NCBI GenBank assembly: GCA_965649765.1
Contig: OZ287749.1
Span: forward strand, 94,240,001-94,304,000
Direction of reading: 5' to 3'
Source of the DNA: Bispira polyomma
Lineage: Eukaryota
Length of the DNA stretch: 64,000 nucleotides
The notes under the pieces: model-generated
The model's database searches: none
The model's input: the letters and a program-made list of their open reading frames with translations, nothing else
Told to the model about the DNA's origin: nothing
Shown here: positions 51,760-64,000 of the stretch, piece by piece
How positions within the stretch are numbered: position 1 is the stretch's first letter
Layout: each line of letters starts with the position of its first letter
Translations under genes and position numbers: made by a program

Positions 51760-54700
51760 ATGAAGAGTGCAGTTTCTAAAGGCATGCCATCTACCCACGT
51801 CAGTTTTAAAATATGGACTGCAAATAAAGATATGACGAAGAAGCCTCGTCTCCTTGTTAAAGAGATGGAAGATACATTTAAAGCATCAGCGAACAAAGTT
51901 AAGGCAGAGCAGATGAAAAAGTATATGAGAAATCAGTTTGAGTTCTTTGGTGTTACTGCACCAGAAAGAAGAAGTTTGAGCAAGAAGGTGATCTTAAATA
52001 CACAGTAAAACCTCTGATATCCAAACACATTAGGCAAGCCAATATTTTCTTTAGATAATTAAAAGGTCAGAAAATTTTAAAATAAAACAACAGTAACATT
52101 GAAGGCATAGAAATGGTTTCACAAAATGGAATATTCAGAATTAAAAGTTCAGCTAATAAAAATTTTGTGTGGCAAGTGAAATCTCTTTTTTCACACCAGT
52201 CATTTATGATTGTCAAAAGATTGTGGTTCCCTAAGTCAGGGGTTACCAGTCAGAAGGCCACCTTAATTGCCATCTTTTATTAACCAACATTTACAATCAC
52301 TAGTCCAGCGTATATTTTATTAATAAAGAATTAATCACTGTACCTACTCACTGAATAGTTAACTATTCCTGGCCACGTCATTTGATTTTTTTTTTATTTA
52401 TGTGGCATTTTTCCCCCTATAATTTCAATTGATTAAATGGCTATATGAATACATGATGGCGATGTAACAATATATTGCCTCAGAAACAATAATTTAACAT
52501 AATAATAACATTTTATAAATGGCTGTATCTATGAATACATCACATGCATGATGGCGATATAACTATACATGTACTAATTCAAAAACAATAATGTAAAATA
52601 ATACTATAATTTTTAGTGAAATGTTAAAGACAATTAAATTGTTAATCAAGGTGGCATTTTGGGGTGGCGTTCTTGTTTGGTGGCATTCGGACAGTATTTT
52701 AAGTCAGGATGCTGAAGTGGGTACGCATCTTCCTCATCCAGACTAAGAGCTAGAGTATTTTTTGCACACACTAAGTTTGTGTTTTCACAAGTATTGGTTA
52801 GGGGATACAGAGGTGCAGCACAAAGGTCTGACCTCACTTTGGTCATGTTAGTTTTGACATTGACCTTAAAAATATTGTCCAGTCGATTTCTTGGAAATGA
52901 CTAGTTACAGGAAGTTGGCTTATAAGGTTTAGAACTTTATATACATTCAAATTAAAAGAAATTTCATAAAATACTTTGGGGTGTCATAATCAAAATCATT
53001 GAAAATATTTGTAATTTATTTCATAACCAAAATGTTTTTAAATATTTTATAAAGTCCTTCCATCTGAAAAGAGTAGTTAGTTTACAACAAATGTGCTTAT
53101 TTATTTAAAAAAAATTCAGATTATGGAAAAATAATGATCACAATGTATTGGCGAGATTTATGTTGGCACCTTGTGTATATCTGCGTTAAAGCTTAATTGT
53201 AGTTTTTCTCTGTGTCTCACAGTTTATGACTGCAGCCTTGTCCCAAGGTGAACTGTACGCATTGGCTGCCATCTGCTGGGAGAAAACACAGAGAGAGTTT
53301 CAATTGTTTGGTTATGAGCTTCTAGAAAAAAGGTTTGCTAAAGGTTCAGAGATGTCCTCTAAATGGAAATTGTGTATTCTTATATTAGAGGCATAGACAT
53401 TACTCTATCTTTACTATTTTACAACTTTTCTTTACATTATTGTCCTCAATAAATAGTCTGTTAAAATTTGTTAAAACAGCTTATACAGTAACATTTCATC
53501 TGCCACTGTGGTCTAGTGGGTAAGACACTGGCTTAGGAACTCGGAGGACCTCAGTTCGATTCAAGCCTGGGCCGACCAGGTCCAGTCAGATACATAGTGG
53601 CCTGGTTGACCACCTTAAAATGGCGGTCCTCTGTCACTGAGTCCTTGCCTCGAAAAATTACATTGGTTTCTGAAATTCATTATAGAATTCTGTTTAAAAT
53701 CCAAGTCACGACTTTCAAAGCTGTTGTCACAAGGGCTGGATCTAGAGCTTTCTTAATCTCTGTCCCAATGTTATGGAATAGTATCCCAGTTGAGCTTAGA
53801 TCACTTACACCCCTCTCCCCTTAGTTCCCTCCCTGTACACCCCACATCCTTCCTTATTGCCTGGCTTTGTTTTTGGGACTTCTCGATTGGCTTACTGATT
53901 CTGTTGTTGCTCTTTAGAAGATGCCATCCATCAATAAGGTGCGTTAAAAATATAAAACCATATGCACTTACTAATAATTAATGATGGATAATTAATGATA
54001 AATTCTCTCTTAGTTAGCACGTCTTCCTTCACTATTGAAGCAAATGACATTGTTTTTACTTCTCTTTTATAGGCCAGAGTTATTGCTGCCCAGGAGTGCT
54101 CAGTATGATCCTATGGAGTTAGTGAAGGCCTTGGTAGTGACCAAAAGCTGGTGGGATACTGTTGACATGTTGGCCTGCAAAGGTGAGGGCTGCTTAAAGG
54201 GTTTATTGAAAATTAGAGAAAAAAAAGTGTAGAATGACTTTACCACTTTCAAGTCTATTAAAATGTTGCGTAGGTGTCTTATAACATTGGTATTACATAC
54301 ATTTCAGAGCACTTCTTTTTCACCAAAAAACCATAAACACACTTAAGTACATTGTCCAAGGGTGCAAGCACCAGGCATCAAACCTAGGGCCCCCTGTCTT
54401 AAACTCAAGCACTCTACCCACAAGGCCACAGAGACCACAAATGATAAAGTTTCTGTTATCCCAGAAAAAAATTGCTCTTCCAACCTATATCGATAATTAA
54501 GGGGCTAGAGTGTAAAGTTTCCCAACCAGACACTATAGTGAAAATAGACTGTTAATATGTGCAGAAATTCAGGGTTGGCGCTAGGATTTTTTAAAGTGGG
54601 GTTTTGGGGACCCCACCTCTCATAAAAAGTGGGGTCCCGGAGTAGCTTCCATGCATCTGATAGATAATTTTCATTTTTGTGACAAATATAATTTAAAAAT

Positions 54701-57049
54701 AATGAAATATATACTATTGTATTTCCACACTTATCAAACAACAGAATATAATAACATAGAATATGAAAATTTAAGTCAAACACTGTGAATTAAAAAAAGT
54801 TGGGCAATTTTCGTATTACCTAGGCCCTAACAGAATTTTGACTTTTAGAAACTACCCATTCAAAACGCCACGACCGGAAACACCAAATCAAAACATCAAG
54901 ATCTGCCATTTTTGCTAGATTGCTAGAAACTGTGATTAAACTTCAAAATATAGAAAAATTAAAAAGGGAAAATGGTGATTTCTTACTTTCAAATAAAGTC
55001 TGCATCCTAATGGACGCATTGTATGTTTTAATTTGCGTCCGCTGACGAAAATTCCGCGTTTTTAGATACTCGGGATTCCGTAAGCGCGAACCCTGAGAAA
55101 TATCACATAATATCCAGTATCACAGTATTGAGGTTTAGTGTGATCTGTAAGGTGTATTTTGTTAAGACTAACATTTAAAAATATACACACATATTCTTGT
55201 GCCTTGGATTTGCATGGTTGGGAATTTGTAATCTTTCTGCTTGAAGTTCTACTGTAAATACAGTAAAAACTCTATTATCCAAACGTATGTCCGAATGTTC
55301 AATTTCATTAAAATTTTTAGAAATGTCTATTTTTAAGTGATTCTGTCTTTGTCTCCAACCTCAGAATGACCACAAAGATCTTAGTGTACATGCTCACTGT
55401 CTTTCCTCAGTCCAGACTTTGATGGATCACTTTAAATCAAAATAAGTCCTAACAAAACTTAATTCAGTAGCAACAAAGATAATGAGGACTTAAGATCATT
55501 AATCCCAATTGTACTCCTGGGTAAATATATATTATCTTCTATTAACATCAAAAACCTTGGTGTTACTTTTGACTGCTGTCTCACTTGATATGCACAGCTG
55601 CAACATTTGTCGCTCCTGGAACTATGACAAAAGAATAAGAAATTGCTTGTCGCTGGATACTGCAATTACTTTGGCTAACTCCCTTTTGTTTTGGGTAATA
55701 AAGTCTTACATAAACAAGTTAGAGTCCATTCAAAAGTATCTATGTGTTCCTCCTTCCTTGCTACTCATCTTTCCTTCAGCCACTTTAGAGGGGAAAGAGA
55801 CTTTACCCCTCCTTGTTCTGTTGATGTAGTTCTGGGCCATCTGGCAGTAGCAGACAAAGATCATACCCTGTCAGTGCTAGAAGACTGGATCCACAGTGGG
55901 AACATGTGGCTCAAACGCTGTGCAATACTTTACCAATTGAGTTACAAGAAGAAAACCGACCAGCAGAAACTCTTCAGGTGTGTTTGTGTTGGCACATTAC
56001 GGTACTGTGATATTGGCATGTGAAGGACATATTGGTTAGGTGTGTTTGTGTTGGCACATTACGGTGCTGTGACATTTGTATATGAACGACAAATTTTAAT
56101 TATTGGTGCTTGTTCTCTGAAAAGGAAGTGTCCACATATTAGCATTAGTAGTCATCAGTAGGCAATGGTGCATTCATGGGCCAAGAAAGAATTGATTAAA
56201 TTTTAAAGCGGATTCAGGTACAAAAGTGAATCCAGGAATTGTTATCCTACCGCTCAACTAAGTTCCCTTTTAATTTTACATTTTGTGAATTATCTATGAT
56301 ACGGACTACATCTTTGCTCTCACAAGGTTTTTAGCTGATGACAGAAGAGAGCTTGAAGTGCTCTAAATGTATGTTGTCTCAAGGTGTGGGGGGGCCACGG
56401 TAGCCTACTGGTTAGCAAGCATTGCGCTTCACAATCACTGGTCTCTCACCTCTGTTATCAGCTGGCATGGGTTCGACTCCTGTCGATGCTTATGTAGGAA
56501 GGTGGTAGTTCCTTACCATGGGCCGCTGGTTTCAGTTCAGAACCTTGATCAACTGTATGCAGTGTTTTCTCCAGCGTTTCCAACTACCCGTCCCAATATA
56601 ACCTAAACAGGTACTAGAGTGGACGTTCAATATCCCAATTCAAAAGTCTCAAGGTGTGTAGATGATAATAGGAGCTTTAACTGATAAATATATGTTGTCT
56701 CAAGGTGTGTAAATGATAATAGTAGCTTTAACTGCTATAAATATATGTTGTCTCAACATGTGTAGATGATAAGAGCTTTGAGTACTATAAATTTATGCTC
56801 CCTCAAGATGTGTAGCGGATAAGAGTGAGCTTCGCGGGTATCAATTATAGTTCTCTATATTACTCTATATATTTCAGGTACTGCCTCCTCTGCTGCTCTC
56901 ATAAAGACTTCTTTATACAGAAAGCTATCGGTTGGGCTTTAAGGGAATATGCCAAAACCAGTCCCAAAGAAGTGCAGAAATTTGTGAATGCAAACAAGAA
57001 GAAACTGGCCCCATTAAGTGTCAGAGAGGCTTTGAAACATTTCAAATAA
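51760..57049 (+). CDS. alkD: AlkD-like DNA alkylation repair glycosylase (HEAT-like repeat family), 5 coding exons, 255 aa: 51760-51987, 53223-53332, 54073-54182, 55830-55977, 56878-57049
   Basis: All introns are GT-AG with compatible phases (0, 2, 1, 2); total 768 nt. Motifs KAEQMKKYMRNQFEFFGVTAPERR, CWEKTQREFQ, VTKSWWDTVD, WIHSGNMWLKRCAILYQLSYK, FFIQKAIGWALREYAKT and LAPLSVREALKH are colinear with Bacillus cereus AlkD as recalled. Confidence 0.93.
53665..53985 (+). mobile_element. LINE 3' fragment in alkD-like intron 2, preceded by a tRNA-like SINE head (~53505-53580)
   Basis: IHYRILFKI...GSRAFLISVPMLWNSIPVELR, then a TAA-rich tail. Confidence 0.6.
54570..55095. mobile_element. hAT-like non-autonomous element; longer copy lacking the left TIR at 57541-58252
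   Basis: CAGGGTTGGCGCT...AGCGCGAACCCTG termini. About 240 bp is near-identical to 57541-57743 and further blocks match 58056-58252. TSD is not clean. Confidence 0.7.
56330..56830. repeat. ~52-bp degenerate tandem repeat interrupted by a SINE
   Basis: TATATGTTGTCTCAAGGTGTGTAGATGATAATAGGAGCTTTAACTGATAAA-like units on both sides of the SINE. Confidence 0.7.
56389..56645 (+). mobile_element. tRNA-derived SINE (same family as 19723-19971), 13-bp TSD
   Basis: High identity to the 19723 copy; TSD GTCTCAAGGTGTG (56376-56388 and 56646-56658). Confidence 0.85.
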
Positions 57050-59849
57050 TACAGACAAAGATACAGTAAAAACATAATGATAAATTGCCACAACATTGTA
57101 TTGTATTGGAATTTATACTACAGTTATCTGCTTTTATCTGGTATTCAAATGGGTCAAGCAACCCTTTGTTAATTACTCAAGTACAACCAACCCGCCCTCG
57201 ACTGAAAAGTGACTTACTTGCGAGTGGTGAAGGTTGGTCCAGTAGTGTCATGTACCATATCTTGCAGCATATTTTGTTGCTGTTTTAATAACTAGGATAG
57301 TGTTCCAGAGAATTGCATTTAAAATATTTATCAATAATATCTGTCAATATCAGGGATGAAGATTGTGTACAAAGTTCATAGAATTGTATATCTAAGTTAA
57401 TCTAATGATATGTATTTGCATATTTTTTGTTCTATTTAAACTGCTCTATATCTTGACATATAGATGTTGTATCAAACATAATGTACTCTTATAAGTGGAT
57501 ATAAATTTAAGATTTAAAAAATATTTTAAAAGGGGTAAATTAGGATTTTTTAAAGTGGGGTTTTGGGGACCCCACCTCTCATAAAAAGTGGGGTCCCGGA
57601 GTAGCTTCCATGCATCTGATAGATAAATTTTCATTTTTGTGACAAATATAATTTAAAAATAATAAAATATATACTACTGTATTTCTACACTTGTCAAACA
57701 ACAGAATATAATAACATAGAATATGAAAATTTAAGTCAAACACTACAAATTAAATATTGATACTTCTACATCCAAATTTTTAATTTAAAATCAAACAAAC
57801 CAATGCTAGCCATGAGATATAAAAATTTAAGTCAAACACTACAAATTTGATATCTCTACATCCAAATATATAATTTAATACCGAACAAACAAATGTTACC
57901 CATGAAATTGTACTAAATATCTAACAAATAAGCTGTAGCTTAAAAAAAATAAAATGTGTCTCAGTGGTGTAATTGGATAAAACAAGTCGATTGTGAAGCC
58001 TTATTGACCATTAAGTTACATAATTATAATACGAAATAAAGTTTAGGAACTTGAACTGTGAATTAAAAAAAGTTGGGCAATTTTCGTATCACCCAGGCCC
58101 TAACAGAATTCCGAGTTTTAGAAACTACCCATTTAAAACGCCACGACCGGAATAACCAAATCGAAACATCGAGATCTGCCATTTTTTCTAGAATTTCTTT
58201 TCGGGAAAATTCCGCGTTTTTAGATATTCGGACGCCGTAAGCGCGAACCCTGTTTTCTGCCATCTAAAATTTTCACTATTGTTTTTACATGTATCTGCAA
58301 TACAGTAAAACCTCTATTATATAATCTTCTGTTGTCCGAATATTCAATATACAAACCACTTTTAAGTAGAACTCTGTAAAGTCAATTTTCCCTTTATGCG
58401 AGGAAAAATATGTAGTCCCCACAAAGGCATTTTCTTTTGAAAATCAACCCTAACCAATGAAAATCCTGCTTAAACAAAGCCATTTGTCCTGGTCCTAGGA
58501 GGCTTGACTTAAAGGTGTTTAACTGTATAAACTCATTTTCACTCATCCAAGTATAAACTCATTTTCACTCGTCCAAATTTAGATTTCATTTTGTTATATA
58601 CTAAAATCCCTCTTCTATTTTATAACCCAAATCTTGTTCTCCCAGCATGTTTGGATGATAGAGGTTTTGTTTGATGTAATATGCCTTGTAGTAAGCAGTT
58701 GTTCCGTATGACCTGTGATATGCACATATCTAACATATTTACAAGAACCATATTTTTAAAAGAATCAATAGGAGAATAAAATGAGTACAATAAGTAGAAT
58801 CACAGAAAACCAACATTCTTGTTCAAATTTCTCTTCTGTAAATACTTCATTTTATGTACAAATATATGAATATCTAAGATTGTCATTTTCCTGTTAGTGC
58901 AATACTTAAATTCAACATGCAGTAAGTGCTGCTTCTTCAGCTGTTTAACCCAAAAATATTTTCACTGTGAGATAGTAAGGTTTAAAGATTTGTACTTGAA
59001 GCAAATAAATACTTGACCTGCTAAACACCTCTGTGGTCTGTGCAAGCCTGCTGGTTGAGTGGAGAAAAACAATGAAGAGTTAAACAATATTTCTAAAGTG
59101 TGAGAGGTACTAGATTTCTACTCTCAAAAGTATTCTTTGAAAATCAGTCCGGGGCCTTTTTAGAACATGACCAACTGTGCCGAAGCTCCTATTTTGTCCA
59201 AGTGCATATAATTCATAATGTAGTCGAATGATTTTCTGAGCATGAATACATTCTAAAATTAGAATTCAACTTGTCAGAAAATTAAAATTTGGAAGACTAC
59301 TTATGAAATAGTTATTTCATAAACGCTTTATTTTTATTGTAAAATATTTGTTGTGCCTTGTATGTTTTGGAATATTATGATAAAATATCTCTTTTTGTAC
59401 TAATATACTTTGTTGTATTATGTAAGCTAAAGTGCAATAAAATTAATTCTTGTGTCTTTGATTTTCTGTTTAAGACAAGTAAATGGCTCCAGCATTTCTG
59501 TTCAATGATACATTCTTGCCGGGGCATAAAAACAGCTAAAGACAAAGTCACCCCAATCATAATAGAATTCAAAGTGGCAATTACCCCTTTCTTGATTGTA
59601 CAAGTACAACCAATCAGCAGTAGCAACAGTCATTCCCCTGACTGAAGAGAGACGTCAAGAAGACACCATTTTTCAATGTCCTCCAGGTTCTCCACAGCTG
59701 TAACCAAATAACGTCTTAGAAATTTTCTTTTTGTTTTATTTGTACTCTATGTACAAGACAGGCGTTCCTTTGAAAATAATCAGGCTTCTAACTGTGTCTG
59801 TTTCTCAGCTGTAGAAGGTTGAATCTCTTTACAGGCGATATGTTTAACG

Positions 59850-60448
59850 AATATATACCGGGTATGTCCTATATAAGCATGCAGACATTTGACCTTGAAT
59901 CTCCTCATTTAAGGTCATCGACTAAGTATCCCAAGTGACAGATTTTGGCCAAACTTAAAAGTGCCTATATCTCGCTTAGTATTGGTCCCAGAGGTTTGGA
60001 ATATGAAACCAACCTGTAGCAAATCAAGGGTTGGGAATCTTTTAATTTGGTCTGATTTGACCTTGGGGCCCCTCGTTCAAGGTACATCTTGGTCAAACTT
60101 AAAAGTGCCTATATCTCGCTTATTATTGGTCATAGAGGTTTGGGATGTGAAACCAACTTATAGGAAACCTGGGCTGGAAATCTTTTACTGTGGTCAGATT
60201 GACTTTGGACCCCTTGTGCAAGGTCAAATGGGCAGGCCAAACTTTAAAGTGCCTATTTCACACTTATTGATCCCACAGGTTTGCCATGTGAAACCCACTT
60301 GTGTCATTTAAGGCTTAAGCAATAAATGCCCTATAGGAAATCATAGACTTCTAGCTTGGGTGCTAGCTAGGGTGCATGCTACCTAGGGTGCTTTGTCTTT
60401 CTGGTGGATACAAATATGCATCGGTTCTGCGATGCGCTAGGTCTAGTT
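59850..60448 (-). mobile_element. HINE/Helentron-like element with ~145-bp internal tandem units
   Basis: GGCCAAACTTAAAAGTGCCTATATCTCGCTTA unit recurs at ~59947, ~60091 and ~60236. TTGACCTTG motifs; AACTAG-type end on the - strand. Confidence 0.55.
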
Positions 60449-61613
60449 TTGTGGATCAGGTGTCAAACCAGTATTGTTAAAAGTTTCATTTTCTTTTCAA
60501 ACCAACAATATTTAAAAAAACTGACAAAAAACTTTAAAATTATTTTGTGCAGAACCAATGAAATTTAGTAACATTATAATTTCGTTTACCAATAAATTAC
60601 TCTTTCACCACAAATAATTTTGGACACAACACTGGAGATGTTAACAAAAACTTAATTACATTAGAGGAAAACTTTTAATTTACAAAAAATGGACAAAAGC
60701 AGGAAACTACATTAAAAAACAAGATGAAAATTGCGACCAATTTGGTCGCTTAATTAGGTAGGGCTCTGACTTGGGACAGAGCAAACGTCTGATAAAAAAA
60801 CGGCCCGAAAATAGTGAACCATCAGTAAAATCAAAGGGGTGTCCAAATAGGTACAGTGTCTAGTATCTTCTATTTTCGCTCACGCTACGGCTGCGAAATT
60901 GCGCGTTTACATTTTCGTCCTCATTTTATTTTTTTCTAAATCCCAAAATAAGAGATTTGCTAGCAAAAGTGGTGTCCGTTAACAGGAAGCGTGCGCTAAC
61001 AGGACGTTTCATGATATATACACAAAATATTTCTCAAACTCGAGTCGATAGGGATTTTCGTAAAAACGATATCATTTTCCTCGACATTTATTTTCATTGA
61101 CTGGGTTTGCATTTGCTCTGATTGGCCATAGAAATACTCTTTACTACACCCCATTCATAAAAACGGACACGTGATCTGAACATACCGCCATTTCAGTCAA
61201 TCCCGTCTCGCCTACAACTATATGCTGATATGGGCCCATAACAGCTTTCCGTCTCGGCCATTTTTTCATATATTGAAACAATATTTTAAAATACGGTGAG
61301 ATTGTATCTCGGGAAATATTTCCCAGAATCGAACGGAAACGTTGTATGTCGGGAAATCATTAAGGTGATTAAACACAACAAATAACCACTTAAATTAGAA
61401 GATATCTATTATAAATTCATATATCTGCAGACCTTGTTTTATATTACGTTTTTATTAAGTCTGTGTCCTTGTAAGTGAAGCACATGTATGAGCGATAATG
61501 GAAGAATTTTATGCTTCTCCCAGAAGCCCTAACTTCCATATGAGGATATTTAACTGTCTCTGACTTTTGACTCGGCAAGAACCGCCAACATATATTACCT
61601 TATATCTACACAA

Positions 61614-61937
61614 TACAAGTTTCACTATCCTTCTTCACCCGCACCCGTATCCGTGGAAATAAAATAAGTATCTGGTTATATTTATAATGTACAGGTACAC
61701 CTGTCCGCACCCGTACCCGTATTGGAAGGGTTCTGACCCTTCTTTTCACGGGTGCGGGTGAAGTTATATAGTCATATTTATGTCCTTATTTTAAGATGGT
61801 AAAAGTTCATGTGGATCTTATAGATTAACTGACCAAAAAACGTGTGAGAATAAGGATAGGTGTAACTACAAACCACGGGTACGGGTGCTGATACGGATAA
61901 GGATACGGGTGGAAATAATGATAGGTGAAACTCGTAC
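61614..61937. mobile_element. MITE with long imperfect inverted repeats
   Basis: TACAAGTTTCACTATC / GATAGGTGAAACTCGTA ends with internal ACCCGT/ACGGGT inverted motifs. Confidence 0.6.
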
Positions 61938-64000
61938 TAAAACTTGGAAGGAAGCAATTACCGGAAGTCCCAGACAATAGCTATATTTATCTGTAGCAAT
62001 TATGTGTACATACTTACACAGGTCGATGAAATAAATCCATGTGTTTTAATAATCTAACATTATACTTCCCGGTACTTCTTTACTCTTCCCGGTATGTCCT
62101 TCCTGATGTATGTTTATTAATTATTTCCCGACTTCCCGGCATACAACATTTTTGTTGAATATCGGGAAATAATTCCCGGAATATAACCACTACGTTTAAA
62201 ATATGTACATCTCAGCGATTATGGAACGGAATTGAATTTTGTAAAAAGTTTCAGAAAGTGTATAAATTACTCTTTATAGTCGTATGAATCTTAAAATTGT
62301 AGCTTTACTACTACCTTCACAGTTTCTAACAGATCTCGGCTCATTTTCATTGACTTCATAAAAAATTTAGCGGATCCACACTTTTACAATCTTTTTGTAC
62401 ACCCGGATCACACAATAAATAGAAACTATACCTTTGCAAGCATATATAATCCTAACAGCAATGAAGGTTCTATGTTCACATATATTACTGCATATTATTG
62501 GGTGCACTTCAAATATATATCGATAAGCAATCGTTTTTTCCATCTTTCTTTATTGCTTATACACAGCCAAAACGAGTCTGGTGACGTAGCTGTTTCCGGA
62601 AATATATATTAAAGGTAAGATCAAAGACAATGGAAAGACGTTACTGCATATTGCAAGTTCGTGTGCAATTTCGGAATTACAAAATTAAGCTCTTCTTTAA
62701 CCCTAAAACTATATATATCCCTTAATTATTTAGTAATTTGCATTTAATATGTTAACTACTTACAATAGCTCAAATATCAAAGCATATATTCTGAAGCAAA
62801 TGGATGTTATCGGTTTACTTATTTGGAACTACTGGCATTTTAAAATTGCATACGGCCATTCCTGGTTTCTGTTTTAAATTTTCCGTCTTGTGAGAATAAA
62901 TTATGTGATCTAATCAGCTGTTTCATTGATGGACAATTTTTATGAATGAAATTGGAGTACTATGTATGGACACGTGATCTTCCGAGCATGCGCAGTGACA
63001 CTATCAATACCCTCTTGCTAATTTATTCTCACGAAAACGTATACTTGAGATAGATGTACTGATTAAATTACAAGCCTTTAACAAGTGAATGACGTCACAG
63101 TCTCACATTGGGTGACAAACCTGTCTCTTTGTGTGTTAAATGGCTGTTTCTCACTCAATTCTGCCTGAATTAACACAAATTTACAAACGGTGCCTCTTTG
63201 AAACAGACCCAACATGTATGCCAAATATGAAAGCCGAGGTCCTTGTAAGTTCTGAGATTACGTTGTTCCAAAATTGTTGCTAGGCCGTTGCTAAAAGAAA
63301 GTCATTATAAAAAATTAGGTAGGGATACCTACCTAATTTAAAAAGATGACTAATGGTAGGATTTTATTCAGATATGTTGAATTTACTGGACAGAATATCC
63401 GACAAACTAAAGTTTTCATAAATATCCCTTCTGCAGACCATGCTGACTAAATTATTTGACTACGGAAAGTGTCCCAGCAGTATTGGTAAAAATACAACCT
63501 GAACACAATGTACGTCTACTTCAACCATACTGAATACGCTTAGTATCATAATGACTGGAAACAGTTTGAAATATATATCCCCATGCTTCCAATTATCGAT
63601 AAAGTAAGCAGAAAAACACAGTCGAATACAAAGAAAATATTTACCTTTTATAATATATTTCATATTTTCGTAAATTTTGTTAGAAATTAGCCCAAAACGA
63701 AAGTTACAGGTATTGTGAAAACATAAAAATGCTTGTTTCTGATCGATACTAGGAAGTGATCAATAATAAAGTGTGGCAATAATGTAATGATTATTAGATC
63801 ATTTGAAGGAACTGACCACAAAGTAATGTCAATTTTACCACATATTTATATGGGACATATCAGCTACATTAACAGAGACAAGAGGAGAATGGCCTGGCGG
63901 CCATATCATGATAATGCCACTAAAAGCAAGTTATTGACCACTCTTACCTTGTTCATATTGTGAGACATATAGCTTCTGTAACTTTTATCCTTTAAAATAG

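Noticed and set aside
53505-53580. tRNA genes here and at ~19361, ~19724, ~51297 and ~56389
   Set aside because: A/B boxes are present but I could not build a clean cloverleaf. They continue into SINE bodies or have TSDs, so they are SINE heads.
46961-57049. TatD plus AlkD (and TLR) as one co-functional DNA-repair/defence cluster, or bacterial contamination
   Set aside because: TatD lies inside a recent TSD-bounded retrotransposon, while the AlkD-like gene is an intron-containing host gene outside it. Proximity is most simply an insertion coincidence; no evidence of co-regulation is visible.

Overview
AT-rich, repeat-dense eukaryotic (metazoan, most likely mollusc/lophotrochozoan) genomic DNA. 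Host genes: (1) a single-ORF Toll-like receptor (733-3636, +); (2) a 5-exon gene (51760-57049, +) whose 255-aa product closely resembles the bacterial HEAT-like-repeat DNA glycosylase AlkD; (3) a lone first coding exon (- strand, 30777-30994) of a probably N-myristoylated protein. The most unusual element is a fully delimited Ty3/Gypsy LTR retrotransposon (42032-49996). It has 330-bp LTRs about 96% identical, an ATAT target-site duplication, a tRNA-Leu PBS and a PPT, lacks gag-protease and has a decayed pol. Where an env gene would lie it carries a ~3.25-kb extra ORF that begins right after a splice acceptor and encodes an RG/RGG-rich N-terminus, a C2H2-like Zn finger and a C-terminal TatD nuclease domain with all metal-ligand motifs. 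The rest is SINEs, L2/CR1-type LINE fragments, MITEs, Helentron-like (HINE) elements with internal satellites and tandem repeats. All assignments are by eye; no database searches were run.
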